From contig NC_092344.1 of NCBI RefSeq assembly GCF_963676685.1, positions 104,160,001-104,224,000 on the forward strand: 64,000 nt of DNA, given 5' to 3'. Positions 1 to 13,109 of the stretch are shown piece by piece. The position numbers were made by a program, and so were the translations under genes. The notes beneath the pieces were generated by a model that was given only the letters and a program-made list of their open reading frames with translations, was not told the DNA's origin and ran no database searches. The DNA comes from Mytilus edulis. Taxonomy: Eukaryota. Position 1 is the first letter of the stretch; every line of letters starts with the position of its first letter.

Positions 1-251
1 CCCAGAGCAAAGATGAGCACATGATAAATACTTGTGAAGTTTTCATATATTCCCAGGCTATGGTTCTTGTTTTATAATACTGAGTATGAAGTATTCACTT
101 AACCAAATTTATAATGAGTTTAAGATATTCTCTGGATCTGATATTAGATTTTACTATCTTACCGACTAATAGAGAATGAAAGATTTACTTAACTACATGT
201 ATGTGAAGTTTAAGATATTTTCTAGGGAATGATCTATGTTTATTATTACAG

Positions 252-3200
252 AGTATGAAAGATTTACCAGACTTTGTGAAGTTTAAGGTATTCCCTGGGT
301 ATGATTTAAAAGATGTGTTTATAGCTGGAACAGAAGATTTACTGTGTATAATGAAAAAACTATTGGCCATGGATCCACTACAGAGATGTTCAGCAACAGA
401 GGTATATATAAAATACTGCTTTGTTGATTAATGTCAAATGTTTCTGTTGATATCATAGAGAACTCATTAAAGAGGTCATATCTCTTGAAAGGTAACTTTT
501 GGAATTCCCAATGAGCAACTGCTTAATAAAAGTCTGACTTGTAAGTAGAAAAATAGTTAATGGAAAGGAATCTATGAGAAATTTTCATTAATGACAGAAA
601 ACTCCACACATAGCTGACAAGGAAAATCAGCTTTTATGTTTCATCTCAAAGTCACTGTGGACCTTTCAACTGACAGTTAGCATTAAATGGGTTTTAATGG
701 CAGTAAAAACAATTGTCTACAGTTTTGGATAAGACTTGACCAGCAATCACTTATTAAAGGTTAGTTATTCGCTATGCATTTGGTCACAGAATAGGGGATA
801 TTGTTAATATGTTAGATAATTTAAAAAAAAAAAAGGGAATACTCTGGACAATTATTTAGATTTTGTTGCAAACATCAGCTTATGTTCAAAGGAACAATTC
901 TTCCTATAAAAGCACCAGTAAGACATATATCTATGTCTACAGTTTATCTGTAAACTTACACTGTCTGTAAAATACAAGATATAAATAAACTGCATCTTAC
1001 AAAGTCTATCCATGAAATTATTTTAATTGCTAGGGATTACTTAAACTTGCAGTGAGGTCCGATTGTCCGGTACCAGAGGGAAAAAAGGTCGGACAAGTAA
1101 TAGCTGTATCAAGCTTGTCCGTCGGGACAAGTACATTATTATTCTGCAGAAAATAAATTTAATCCAACTTTGATGAACAAAGTAATTATAAACAAAAAAC
1201 AAGAAAACAAATATTAATTCGACATGTTTCTGTATTCTGTTTATTCAAATGCAAAGCCTTTTTCTTCAACATGTTTACTTGCAATCGATAATTTTTAACT
1301 GGTTCTTTGTCAGTTACTTTTAAACTATTCTTAGACTATTCTCGGAAACCAGTCTTACTGATCCAAATCAATGATGCCCTTTGTAGATAAGGTAACTTTA
1401 AAGGACAGTTTGTCACCTCGAAAGATTCAGCTCCAAGTTTAATAGACAGTTTGGCACAGTATGAGACATATTTAGTAGACATGATTGATAGACAGTTTTA
1501 CAAGGCAGGAGACATTTCGGGACCAAGACAAAACAGTACCTCATTTTGCTACCTCATTCTGTTCCTTATAATAAATACCATAAACATGATAAAATTCACA
1601 AAATCAAATTTGATCATAAGTAATAAAAAACAATACTTGCAATATGGTGACCTGTAGTTGTTATTTTCTGTGTCATTTGGTCTCTTGCAGAGAGTCGTCT
1701 CATTGGCAATCCAACCTTATGATGGCTTATCTCCTTCTTTTTATTGATTGCATTTGAACAAGGATTTGTATAGTAAGACACTTACTATACAAATCCTTGA
1801 TTTGAATAAGCTTTTTTCAACTTAATAAAAAACACAGGATACAAACCCAATAAGTGTACATTGGCTTATCAGAAGATGGTGCCTCATGTTTAGAGTCTGA
1901 TGAGACTGGCATGGATGAAAACTAGAACCTAATTCCTGTGACATGGCTAGTTTTGCAGTTGTACTTGACTCATATTTTTGAAAAGTATTTCAAAAGAAAT
2001 AAATCAAATTCTGTTATATTGTTTAAATTCGTTTTGCTCCTTTAATCAACTAAAAATATAAAAAGGTTATTTTTAATAGAAATTTTTTGGACAAGTAACA
2101 ATTTCATTCGGACAAGTAAATTTTTGTATGTACTTGTCCTACAGGACAAGTTGAAAAAAAAGTTATTGTAACAGCAATAAAAGCAATGTGACTTTTGCAT
2201 TTTTTTGTGTTTTTTGCTGTGCATGTACTGATTTTGTGTGTGACATGCATGGACAGATATACCATAGTCTTTGTTTTTCCATTTCACTGATAATAATTAT
2301 TTTTCAGTCATTGAAAATGGATTACTTTAGTAACAAACCTCCACCAACACCAGGTCACCTGTTACCTAAAGCAGGAAAACCACCAGAGCAAAAACCAAAC
2401 TTAAAACGCAAATTCACAGGACAAGATTCGGGTGAGAAGACATTTATTGTTAAATTTGCTTGGCTTCCAAACCTTTTATAAATATAGTTTCATAAAAGGT
2501 TTTACAGTTGCCAAATGCACTTCATTACACTTTGGTGTATAATTTCAAAGGCAATCATACTACATCTCCTTATTTTTAGCTCACCTGACTCGAAAGGGCC
2601 AAGTGAGCTTTTCTCATCATTTGGCGTTCGTCGTCTTCCGTCGTTAACTTTTACAAAAATCTTCTCCTTTGAAACTACTGGGCCAAATTAAACCAAACTT
2701 GGCCACAATCATCATTGGGGCATATAGTTTAAAAAATTTGTCTGGTGACCTGGCCATCAAACCAAGATGGCCTCCATGGCTAAAAACAGAACACAGGGGT
2801 AAAATGTATATTTTGGCTTATATCTTTTTAAAACCAAAGCATTTAGAGCATATCTGACATGGGGTAAATTTGTTGATCAGGTCAAGATTTATCTGCCCTA
2901 AAATTTTCAGATGAATGGGAGAACTTGTTGTTGGGTTGCTGCCCATTAATTGGTAATTTTAAGGAAATTTTGCCGTTTTTGGTTATTATCTTGAATATTA
3001 TTATAGACAGAGAAAAACTGTTAACAGCAATAATGTTCAGCAAAGTAATATCTACAAATAGGTCAACATAACCAAAATGGTTATTATCTTGAATATTATT
3101 TTATGTAGAGATAAACTGTAAACAGCAGTTATGTACAGCAAAATAAGAGCCACAAATAAATCAACATGACCAAAGTGGTCAATTGACCCCTTAATGAGTT

Positions 3201-3962
3201 ATTGCCCTTTATAGCCATTTTTTTACAATTTTGATAAATTTTGTAAATTTTTGTAAATTTTTTCAAATTATTTTCCTCTGTCTCTTCTGGCCAAATTCAT
3301 TATAGGTAGAGATAATTGTAAGTAGCAAGATTGTTCAGTAAAGTAAGATCTACAAACACATCACCAACACCAAAACACAATTTTGTCATGAATCCATCTG
3401 TGTCCTTTGTTTACTATGCACATAGACCAAGGTGAGCGACACAGGCTCTTTAGAGCCTCTAGTTAATTTTTCAGGTGCATTGCTATGGACCATTGATAAT
3501 GTAAGGGAAAAATTATTAGTTCAGTTTTAAAATGTCACCAATAATTTTGTAAGAATATTGTTACTGTACACTTTCCGTAATCATGAGACAATATATTTTG
3601 CAAAATGTATGTAATAACCATAAATTGTAAAACTAACAAACTATCTATAAATATGAATTCACTGAATGAATTCCCTGGTTATCCAGTGACTAACAGGGAT
3701 ACTCGGCCAACTGCTGTAGGTCAAGTAATTTGTCATAACAGGAAAGAAAAGTGCAATAAAGATATTGTTAAGAAAAAAAAAAGAATATTGTTAGACTGGA
3801 TTGTATGGTTAATCTTGTCTTTAGAAACACATCATGGAAAAGAGCTGTACTTCCAAGAAATTTGTTGAATATCATTCAATGATAAACAGCTTTTTTATTT
3901 AATTTATTCATATTTATTATTTTTATATTACAGTTGGACTGGTAAAGAGACTTCAATTCTGA
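252..3962 (+). CDS. CDK7: Cyclin-dependent kinase 7, 3' part (exons 252-401, 2308-2431, 3934-3962); 5' exons lie upstream of the window
   Basis: AG/GT-bounded, phase-compatible exons splice to SMKDLPDFVKFKVFPGYDLKDVFIAGTEDLLCIMKKLLAMDPLQRCSATE|SLKMDYFSNKPPPTPGHLLPKAGKPPEQKPNLKRKFTGQDS|VGLVKRLQF*. This resembles the CDK7 C-terminus (LPDYVTFKSFPG...ALKMKYFSNRPGPTPG...KRKR...KKLIF). Confidence 0.9.
1032..2160. mobile_element. Non-autonomous DNA transposon remnant with GGACAAGT subterminal repeats (CDK7 intron)
   Basis: Clusters of GGACAAG/CTTGTCC motifs at 1060-1135 and 2085-2150; exact ends not resolved. Confidence 0.4.
1759..1799. mobile_element. 41-bp palindromic micro-MITE with 7-bp TSD
   Basis: CAAGGATTTGTATAGTAAG-aca-CTTACTATACAAATCCTTG, flanked by ATTTGAA on both sides. 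Confidence 0.75.
2573..3464 (+). mobile_element. Helentron-associated (HINE/DINE-1/pearl-like) non-autonomous element, family A
   Basis: T-run start, subterminal inverted repeat GCTCACCT / AGGTGAGC, CGT microsatellite, 3' hairpin AGGCTC-ttta-GAGCCT, TT end; same family at 63079-64000. Confidence 0.75.
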
Positions 3963-4158
3963 GTACAACATAAATCAGGTTAAATTGGATCTTAAATCAT
4001 ACAAGTGTCTAAGATTATGCCTGGACCCATAAAGGCAGAAATATGTAGCACATCAACAAGGAGCAAGTCTTTCAGTTCGAAGACAAGTTTATTGTATAAG
4101 ATTGGAAAAAAATCTTAACAAGATGTTTAATTGAAATAATTGGTGCATTATTATTGTT

Positions 4159-4164
4159 AATAAA
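4159..4164 (+). promoter_or_regulatory. Candidate polyadenylation signal of CDK7
   Basis: AATAAA about 200 nt after the CDK7 stop, followed by T/GT-rich sequence. Confidence 0.45.
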
Positions 4165-5678
4165 TGTATAATCTTGTGTAAACCAGTTTTATTTTTGAAT
4201 GATATTTATTTTAATTTTCATGTCAGTGAAGATGAGATTTGGTTGTTATTTTCCTGTGGTGGCAATTGAATGAACATGAACTTGTCTCAATGTTGTTTAT
4301 GATAAGCTATCTGCTTCCTAGTTTTTGGTGGGTAATGTGTTGCTCATTCTTAGTTTATATGTTGTATTTGTCTTTATCCCCATTGAATTGTCCCTAAGTA
4401 TGTTTTCGATTTATCATTTAGAATCATTTTCATAATAGCATGGACAACTGCAATACTTTTGTTGGTAATAGTACTGAATGATTTACCTTTTACTTGTTTA
4501 TCATTGGCTATTGATATTGGTGATTTTAGGCTCACTCAGTCTGTCAGAGGCTTTCCTATGGGGTTTAAAATAAAATAAAAGAGTTAATTACTTGCAGGTG
4601 AGCGAGAAGAAAAAAAGAAAGTTTAAGTATTCAACATTTACAACAGTACACACTATTTAGTCCTCTGATAGTTGTTCATATTATTTGATTTAGGCGTTTA
4701 GAACTGTTGGCAACCCCACAAATTAAATGTCTATATTATTTACATATGACAAGTGGGTGTAACAGACAAACATTCACATAATCTGACCCAGTCAATTGGT
4801 AACCTGAGTGCGCCTAGAAATGGAATTGTCCTAGTTGTTATGAAAATGATTCTATGAGTTTGAATACCACTTTGGTATCTTTCGCTTTCTTATATTATCC
4901 TATTTAGTGATAAAACATAAATGAGGAAAGGAAGACGAAAGACTATGTCAAAATTGAAATGAAAAATATCCATAGTAATTTGTGTTACATAAAGTCCATA
5001 ATGGTCAACCAAGTCATTATGCAGATGTTAACATTTCAATTACTAATTTATATTTTGCTTAAGTTCAGTAATTTTCATGTAAGCAGCAACCTTTAATCAA
5101 AGAAATCCTCATGAGATAAACAATCTCCTGAATATCATATAAACTGAGCGATTGTTTTAAATTCCTTTAAAAATACTGGTAGAGTGTTGCTAAAGAGATT
5201 TCTTCAAGGGTACCAGGTTTATGATTTGACAAACCAGACACACTTTCCATCTACATTAAAAACCCATCAGTGTTCTTTTGAGTCAAAACAGTTAGGAACC
5301 AATTCATCAATGAAGTTGAAAAGCACTGAATATCATATGGAAATTCAAAATGTACAAAATCCGGGGTTAGGCCCAAAACAATTTTCACAATCGAAAACTC
5401 CTTGCTTTATGTTGAAGTTTACCAGCCTTCACTTAATTTATAGTCATAGCTCAAGGTATGAAGCAGTATCTATGGTTTCCTTTATTTTTATTTTTAATTA
5501 AGTAAAGGGACATCAGTTGTACAGAATAAAATTGAGAATGGAAATGGGGAATGTGTCAAAGAGACAACAACCCGACCATAGAAGAACAGACAACAGCAGA
5601 AGGTCACCAACAGGTCTTCAATGCAGCGAAAAATTACTGCACCTGGAGTCGTCCTTCAGCTGACCCCTAAACAATATA

Positions 5679-6917
5679 CAGGGATCTCCATGGATGAAAA
5701 TTGAACCATGGAGGAACTTTCACCATTACAAACCGTGTCTACGCTGTACAGTGTAGCGTGATCGGAAGTATTTTTTCCCTCCATACAAGGAATGGTGAAC
5801 ATGCTAATTCATTGCTTATTTAAATTATATTTATTTGAATTTTCATTATAGAATTAGAAGTATCAATATGTTCATTTATTGCCGTTTTTAACCATTCAAA
5901 TGCCAAGTCTTCATGGTCCCCCCTTATTCGAGAATGACCAAAAGCTGTCATGAAGGTCCCCATGTAGATTTCTTGTTTTTTTGGTAATTGTTATGGGGGT
6001 TCAAAATCATATGATGTGGAGCTTATTTTTCATGGACACTGTCAAATTCAGAACCCATTACCGGTATGGCTGATTTGCAGCAACAACAAAACGATTCGTA
6101 CGGGTTATGTAAAAGGTTAAAGAGATTTGTAAAGAAAATGAAAAGGTTTTTAATGACTTTATCTGACAAATTGATGCTGTGCAACATGCATCTTTCGAGT
6201 TTGAATAGAAACCGGAAACGCGGATGTATCAATTTGATTGTAATATACGAAATGAATTCGGACTTACGATACGATATTTCTTTACAGGAAATATTTATAA
6301 GTTTTTACTTTTAAACTTTTAAAGTCATTCTAAATTATCGTTACAGCAGTACCCGGTACTCGAGTTATTTGTGATTAAATAATATTTACTGTTTTGCGTC
6401 TTATTTTGTACTTCTTAAAAAAGGGGGATGCTGATTGCGTAAGTCAAAATAAAGCACGTGTTCGACTTGTTAAACTGTTTTCTTTATAACTGGATTATTA
6501 ATTTATTTATTTAATCTAAATTATCATAATCATTTGCTGAAACTTAGTTGATTAATTCGACAAATGGATCGTCTATCCTCAGATAGTATTCTCCTGTCTG
6601 GTTTGTTGATCTACCTGTACAAGCTCAGGTACAATTAAGTGATTAGCGATCTTAATCCGGATATCCCTCAGGCGTTATAACTGTGTTGGATTATAACATA
6701 AAAAGCCTAAGGGTTATGCAATTACATGCATTTGATTATAATTGATAAAAAAAAAATGGCGTCGGGCTACAAAAAATGATGAAGTTTTGAACGATGGCGG
6801 AAGACAATTTAACGATGGCGCAAGATAATTTAACGATGGGGCGAGGCATTTGACGATGGCGCAAGACATTTGAACGATGGCGGGGCGCCATCGTTAAACA
6901 GGCCATGGAGATCTCTG
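5679..6917. mobile_element. hAT-like MITE nested in another interspersed repeat
   Basis: TIR CAGGGATCTCCATGG / CCATGGAGATCTCTG; AATATA duplicated at both flanks; AACGATGGCG subterminal repeats at 6790-6895. Confidence 0.65.
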
Positions 6918-7123
6918 AATATATATACTAGTTCAGTGATAATGAACGCCATACTAAACTCCAAATTGTACACAAGAAACTAAAATTAAAAATAATACAA
7001 GACTAACAAAGAAAGAAGAATATTTAGACTTCAGATTTTCTTATGTAATGTAGATCAGTGAGAAGAAAAGTAAGCATTGATCCATATGAAATGCTGATTG
7101 AGGTGTCGCAGAAATTTCTTGAG

Positions 7124-7189
7124 ATTTTTATGCCCCACCTACGATAGTAGAGGGGCATTATGTTTTCTGGTCTGTGCGTCCGTTCGTCC

Positions 7190-7279
<90 letters not shown>

Positions 7280-7675
7280 TCGTTCGTTCGTCCGTCTGTC
7301 CCGCTTCAGGTTAAAGTTTTTGGTCAAGGTAGTTTTTGATGAAGTTGAAGTCCAATCAACTTGAAACTTAGTATACATGTGCCCTATGATATGATCTTTC
7401 TAATTTAAATGCCAATTTATAGTTTTGATCCCAATTTTACGGTTTACTGAACATAGAAAATGATAGTGCAAATTTCAGGTTAAAGTTTTTGGTCAAGGTA
7501 GTTTTTGATAAAGTAGAAGTCCAATCAACTTGAAACTTAGTATACATGTTCCCTTTGATAAGATCATTCTAATTTTAATGCCAAATTAGAGAATTTATTC
7601 CAATTTCATGGTCCACTAAACATAGAAAATGATAGTGTGAGTGGAGCATCCGTGTACTGTGGACACATTCTTGTT
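7124..7675 (+). mobile_element. HINE-like element family B with (TCTG)n microsatellite
   Basis: TTTTTATGCCCCAC start, (TCTG)n at ~7190-7280, two ~170-bp internal repeats, 3' hairpin then CTTGTT; second copy at 53998-54306. Confidence 0.75.
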
Positions 7676-7928
7676 ATAAAGATTTTAGCTTTATACAGTG
7701 TTCTGTTACCTGGTTATTTGAATTTCAATATTTATTAAAATAAGCACTCCAGGTATGTGTCCATGTAACCGATAATAGTCTAATCTTTTGACTGAATTAT
7801 TCCAAACGCAAAACCTTTCCATAGAATGACCAACATATAAACTTTTTGTATTGGCCTATTTAGAATAACTACATGCCATAGTTTCATTAATATTTTACAA
7901 TTTTCAATTGGCCAATAAATCAAACTCA

Positions 7929-9365
7929 TTTTTATACGACCGCTTTCAATTTTTGGTCGTATATTGGTATCACGTTGGCGTCAGCGTCGTCGTCCGAATA
8001 CTTTTGTTTTTCGCACTATAACTTTTGAGTTAGTTTAAGTATATAGAGATGTATGAAATTTAAACACATGGTTTATGACCATAAAAGGAAGGTTGGGATT
8101 GATTTTGGAAGTTTTGGTCCCAACAGTTTAGGAATTAGGGGCCCAAAAGGGCTCAAATAAGCATTTTCTAGGTTTTCGCACTATAACTTTAGTTTAAGTA
8201 AATAGAAATCAATGATATTTTGACACAAAGTTTATGACCACAAAAGGAAGGTTGGGATTGATTTTGGGTGTTTTGGTTCCAACTGTTTAGGAAAAAGGGG
8301 CCAAAAAAGGGCCCAAATAAGAAATATTCTTGGTTTTCGCACAATAACTTTAGTATAAGTAATCATTGAAATTTAAACACAAGGTTTATCAACACAAAAG
8401 GAAGGTTGGGATTGATTTTGGGAGTTGAGATCCCAACAGTTTAGGAATTAGGGGCCAAAAAGGGGCTCAAATAAGCATTTTTCTTGTTTTTCGCACCATA
8501 ACCATAGTACAAGTAAATAGAAATTAATGAAATTTAAACACAAGGTTTATGACCATAAAAGGAAGGTTGGGATTGATTTTGGGAGTTCTGGTCCCAACAG
8601 TATAGGAATAAGGGGACCAAAGTGTCCAAAATTAAACTTTGTTTGATATCATCAAAAATTGAATAATTTGGGTTCTTTGATATGCCAAATCTAACTGTTT
8701 ATGTAGATTCTTAATTTTTGGTCCCGTTTTCAAATTGGTCTACATTAAAGTCCAAAGGGTCCAAAATTAAACTAAGTTTGATTTTAACAAAAATTTAATT
8801 CGTGGGCTTCTTTGATATGCTGAATCTAAACATGTACTTAGATTTTTTATTATGGGCCCAGTTTTCAAGTTGGTCCAAATCAGGATCCAAAATTATCATA
8901 TTAAGTATTGTGCAATAGCAAGAAATTTTCAATTGCACAGTATTCAGCAATAGCAAGAAATTTTCAATTGCACAGTATTGTGCAATAGCAAGTATTTTCA
9001 ATTGCACAATATTGCGCAATAGCAAGAAATTTTCAATTGGAGTTATCTTTCTTTGTCCAGAATAGTAGTTGAATCAATTTAATCATTGTTTAATAAAAAG
9101 AAAATTTCTTCAAACATTTTTTTGAGAGGATTAATATTCAACAGCATAGTGAATTGCTCAAAGGCAAAAAAAATAAATTTTTAAGTTCATTAGACCACAT
9201 TCATTCTGTGTCAGAAACCTATGCTGTGTCATCTATTTAATCACAATCCAAATTAAGAGCTGAATCCAGCTTGAATGTTGTGTCCATATACTTCGACAAT
9301 GCCCCAACCGTTCAGGGTTCAACCTCTGCGGTCGTATAAAGCTGTGCCCTGCGGAGCATCTGGTT
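7929..9365 (+). mobile_element. HINE-like element family C with internal tandem array
   Basis: Subterminal inverted repeat TTTATACGACCGC / GCGGTCGTATAAA, four ~165-bp tandem units, 3' hairpin, TT end. Confidence 0.75.
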
Positions 9366-11452
9366 CTAAATTGTAGTGATCAATAATATACTATTTAAAA
9401 TAAATTTCCATGATCACTGATTACGAAAATATAAAAAAAAGAAAAATCTGTAGAAAAATGGATCACCATAGCGAAAATGCGCTGATCACGAAGATGAAAA
9501 TAACCCATCAAGCACCGTGGTATTTTTTATGATCTAACTATTATTCACTAAAGCATGGCATAAACTTGAACTACCAACTTTTTAAAAGGTATTTGCAGAA
9601 GTGACAAATGAATGCTTACACTTTCATTAGTTTATATGTCTATGAGTTATATTGTGCACTTACAAATAAAAATCAAAGAGCTGAAGAGCTCTGAGGGGAA
9701 AGACGGCCATTGTTTCTATTTTTTGGGTATCTTTTGTTAGTCTACATACTAGAATGAGCAAAAGAACAGCTAGAACATTTTGAAAGGTTGACAATAATGA
9801 AACTAATTGTTGTTTGTTGTTATTTTATTTCCTTAGTCAAGAATTCATCATAGAGACAATTTTGACCAATTAGATCCGCACCTTCTAAATCAAAACATTT
9901 GATTAAAATGGGGAGTTAATTATCTATTAAAAACTCAATTGAATTTAACAACCACTACAATATATTTTAGAATTTTCATTATGTACCACTGAACGGCAGG
10001 CTATGACCATTCTCAATTTTTTGTGACAGTACTCTCAAGATTTTTTTTAATTTTTGTTCAAGAAAGAGAGGACTGAAAAATCTTTTTAGTTTTTCCATTA
10101 ACAAAGTTCCCAGTTACAACTCTCATCACAGGGATACATGTACTTATAAAATCAAATATGATTGATATAAGCTGTGTGAAGTTTGTTTCCAGATCCCACA
10201 TTTTGATATATTTGTAAATTTTATGAATAAGTAGCTTAAACTACAAAAAGCAACATTTAAAAAAAAATGAAGAAAATTAAGTTGGTATATAAAATTATTC
10301 TTTTATTGAAGACTACTTATCACATACTTAATGTCACATTTTTAGTGTTCAGATACATTAACTTTCATTTTACAGTCGGAAACCAGGTTGAAATAGAACA
10401 AAATAATCGAAGCTCTTTGTTAGAGAAGGCGATAAATGTGTACTGTAATGTTTACTATAGTCACAAAAAATTTAAAAGTTAATAGAAAAAAACAAAATTA
10501 CAATTTTCTTCTCAATTACAAAGTGTTTTATTTTAAAAACACCATTTGCATAAGTTTTCCATTTATCTAGTACATAGTTAAATAGAACAATTAGATATAA
10601 AGTCGACGACATGGGTATCTTTCAAGTTGGATGAAAAAAAATGCATAACCTCTGATTTTTAATTTTTTTTACCACGGACGGAAAACATATCAATCTATCA
10701 GTTCAGTAATTTTCGTGTCTGCCCTTCCATTATGTGACTCAAGACAAAATTCTTAAAAATGAATAACAATAGTATCGAAAGAGGAAACTCGAGTGCACCT
10801 TTTTATGTTAGGGCGTGTTTGATTTGTATATTTTGTCTTGATATCGTAAAAATCAAGAATATTTCATACATCGTCTCGCTTCAGATTCTATTATTTTTAT
10901 ATATCAAAGCTACAGGTTGACTTTATAACATAAAAAAATCACAGTACTAAAAGATGCAATATATGGGTCAAGTGAAGTACCTATCTAATGAATCACAAAA
11001 ACAGAGTAGGTGGGTTCGAATAGCTATTTTTTTACTCTAAGTACTTGACGACAGTCTTTCAAGTTGGATGATGAAAATGCATATCTTCGAAAAATTATAT
11101 CTTTTGTGTGTGATAACTAGGGTTTATAGTCTTCAACCACTAAAAAAATCTAGTCTGCCCTTCCACGAAATATTTAATTAGAATTTTTTTAAATGTTTAT
11201 TAATTTTCGAAAATTCCACCTGACAACCGATCAGACAATAGTTTTAAGTTGAATCAATGCAGAAAAGATCATTAACTGATGCTCATTAGCTAGTTGATAC
11301 ATTTGTCTTTTAAAATACAACTGACATATACGGATCGTAATGGTGCAATTGTGGATACATTTATCGGTTTCAAAGAGCAAAATTGGTAGCGCGTCATCCC
11401 TACAATGGCTTCCATTTCTACGATTGTGAAAATAAACTGGCGTAATGGGGAG

Positions 11453-11690
11453 ATAATTTTGACGAAGTAGACTCCTGACTGTTAATTACTCATCAATTGA
11501 GGTGCTCCTGAATTGGAGAAAGATTATAAAAACATAACTTTACAGAAAGATTAAAAACTGCAGTTGCTCTCCCCAATTTTGACGAAGTAGACTCCTGACT
11601 TTTTAGTGGATAATTACTCTTCAATTGAGGTGCTCCTGAATTGGAGAAAGATTCTAAAAACATAACTTTACAGAAAAAATAAAAACTGCT
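11453..11690. repeat. ~125-bp tandem duplication; related copy at ~18111-18220 on the other side of the Ngaro element
   Basis: GACGAAGTAGACTCCTGACT...TCAATTGAGGTGCTCCTGAATTGGAGAAAGATT occurs twice here and once (diverged) at ~18130. Confidence 0.7.
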
Positions 11691-11829
11691 AAAATCAGGT
11701 ATAAACAGATTAGTGTCTGTAAAATCAGGTATAAACAGATTAGTGTCTGTATTTTCGCATTACATTAGAATACGTTAGAGTAATCAGATCGAAATTTAGA
11801 GTTAGAAGTTTGAAGTTAAAAGTTTGACG

Positions 11830-13092
11830 ATGGCCGACAGACCTCGCAGAGACGTCCATGGATTGAATTATAAGTCACTATCGGAGTACGGGATCCCAGA
11901 TGCGGGGGAAACCAAAGAGGAGAAGAAACTTGAAGATCCAAGCAGTGTTAAAAGGAAGTTGGACGTGAGGGACGAGAAAAAATCTCTAAGCAGTGCGAAG
12001 AAGAAGTTGGCGGCAGCCCTCAGTCTAGACAAATCCTGCAATGAAGATGATGCTGAAGACGAGGAGTTGAGATGTTTAAGGGCGGAGTTAAAAAGCACAG
12101 AAGATGATTTAAAATCACAGAGATTACAAAACGAAAAGTTGAAGTTGAAGGAAGAGTTAAAGAGAAAACAGCAGGAGTTAGAAAAAGAGAAAGGTGAGAG
12201 TAAAAGTACTTTACATAAGAAAGTGGCTACGACATCTAGCGACAAAAGTAAAGAGAAGGTTTTACGGGAAAAATCAATTAAAGACCCTTCACTAAATGAA
12301 CTTAGGCAATTTGAAAAATTAAACGAAATAGTAGACAAGAAGTTATCAAAGCTAGGTCTTCTTGAGCAAACAATTGATTCTGATTCGTCTTCTAGTACTT
12401 CATCTGAAAAATCTCACTCTGTCACTGTTAAGAAGGGTAAAAAGAAAGTAGATTGTATCAGGGTTTCGGATAGTTCCGATTCAGAGTCAGATTGTGACGA
12501 AAAGAAAAAGAAGAAAAACAAGAAAACCAAGTCCGGAATTAAAGCAAAGGCTTCCGACAAAGTCAAAACTCAATTGCTCTGGCCCCAATCTGCTCTTCAA
12601 TATGAATTCGTTAACGAGTCTGTGTCCTTTAACGATTTAGATCCTAAACTTTTTACTGCAGGTGAGCTGGAGATAATTACAAGTAAAAACATTTCAGAAA
12701 AAGAGAGGTCAGGTCGTTTAAATCTACTAAAGAAGATAACATATTATAGCAATATTTATTCTTGGAAAGGTCTGCTATCTTTTTATGCTGCGTGGTTACG
12801 CAAAATTGAGTTAGGTCAGAAGTCCTGGGATGATGATCCATCGTCTATCGAAGTTCCTATTCTTACTCAGTATATTGTGCCTAAAGCAAAAACATCGAGT
12901 TTTCCCGCTAAGTCGTCGGAAAATAAGGATGACCAGGTTTGGTTTTGTACTCTTTTTAATAGGAACCGTTGTACGCACAAAGGGTCACATACAACTTTCA
13001 TTAAAGGTCAGCAGAGAGTAGTTCAGCACATTTGTGCAGTATGCTGGAAAAAAGATAAAAGCAAACTAAGTCATCCTGAATGTGCTAACTAG
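11830..13092 (+). CDS. Ngaro ORF1 Gag-like protein (coiled coil, acidic/basic tract, C-terminal Cys/His finger)
   Basis: First ATG at 11830; C-terminal [17 protein letters not shown]...HICAVCW...HPEC as in DIRS/Ngaro ORF1. Confidence 0.85.
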   Translation: MADRPRRDVHGLNYKSLSEYGIPDAGETKEEKKLEDPSSVKRKLDVRDEKKSLSSAKKKLAAALSLDKSCNEDDAEDEELRCLRAELKSTEDDLKSQRLQNEKLKLKEELKRKQQELEKEKGESKSTLHKKVATTSSDKSKEKVLREKSIKDPSLNELRQFEKLNEIVDKKLSKLGLLEQTIDSDSSSSTSSEKSHSVTVKKGKKKVDCIRVSDSSDSESDCDEKKKKKNKKTKSGIKAKASDKVKTQLLWPQSALQYEFVNESVSFNDLDPKLFTAGELEIITSKNISEKERSGRLNLLKKITYYSNIYSWKGLLSFYAAWLRKIELGQKSWDDDPSSIEVPILTQYIVPKAKTSSFPAKSSENKDDQVWFCTLFNRNRCTHKGSHTTFIKGQQRVVQHICAVCWKKDKSKLSHPECAN

Positions 13093-13109
13093 ATATATCT
13101 TTTTCTCCG

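Noticed and set aside
7098-7378. SVCL / TDRQ repeat ORFs
   Set aside because: (TCTG)n microsatellite inside a HINE-like element.
11868-12338. Ser/Leu/Phe-rich antisense ORFs (also 40978-41544, 38544-38906 and those inside the helicase)
   Set aside because: Shadows of Lys/Glu-rich sense ORFs with no motifs of their own.
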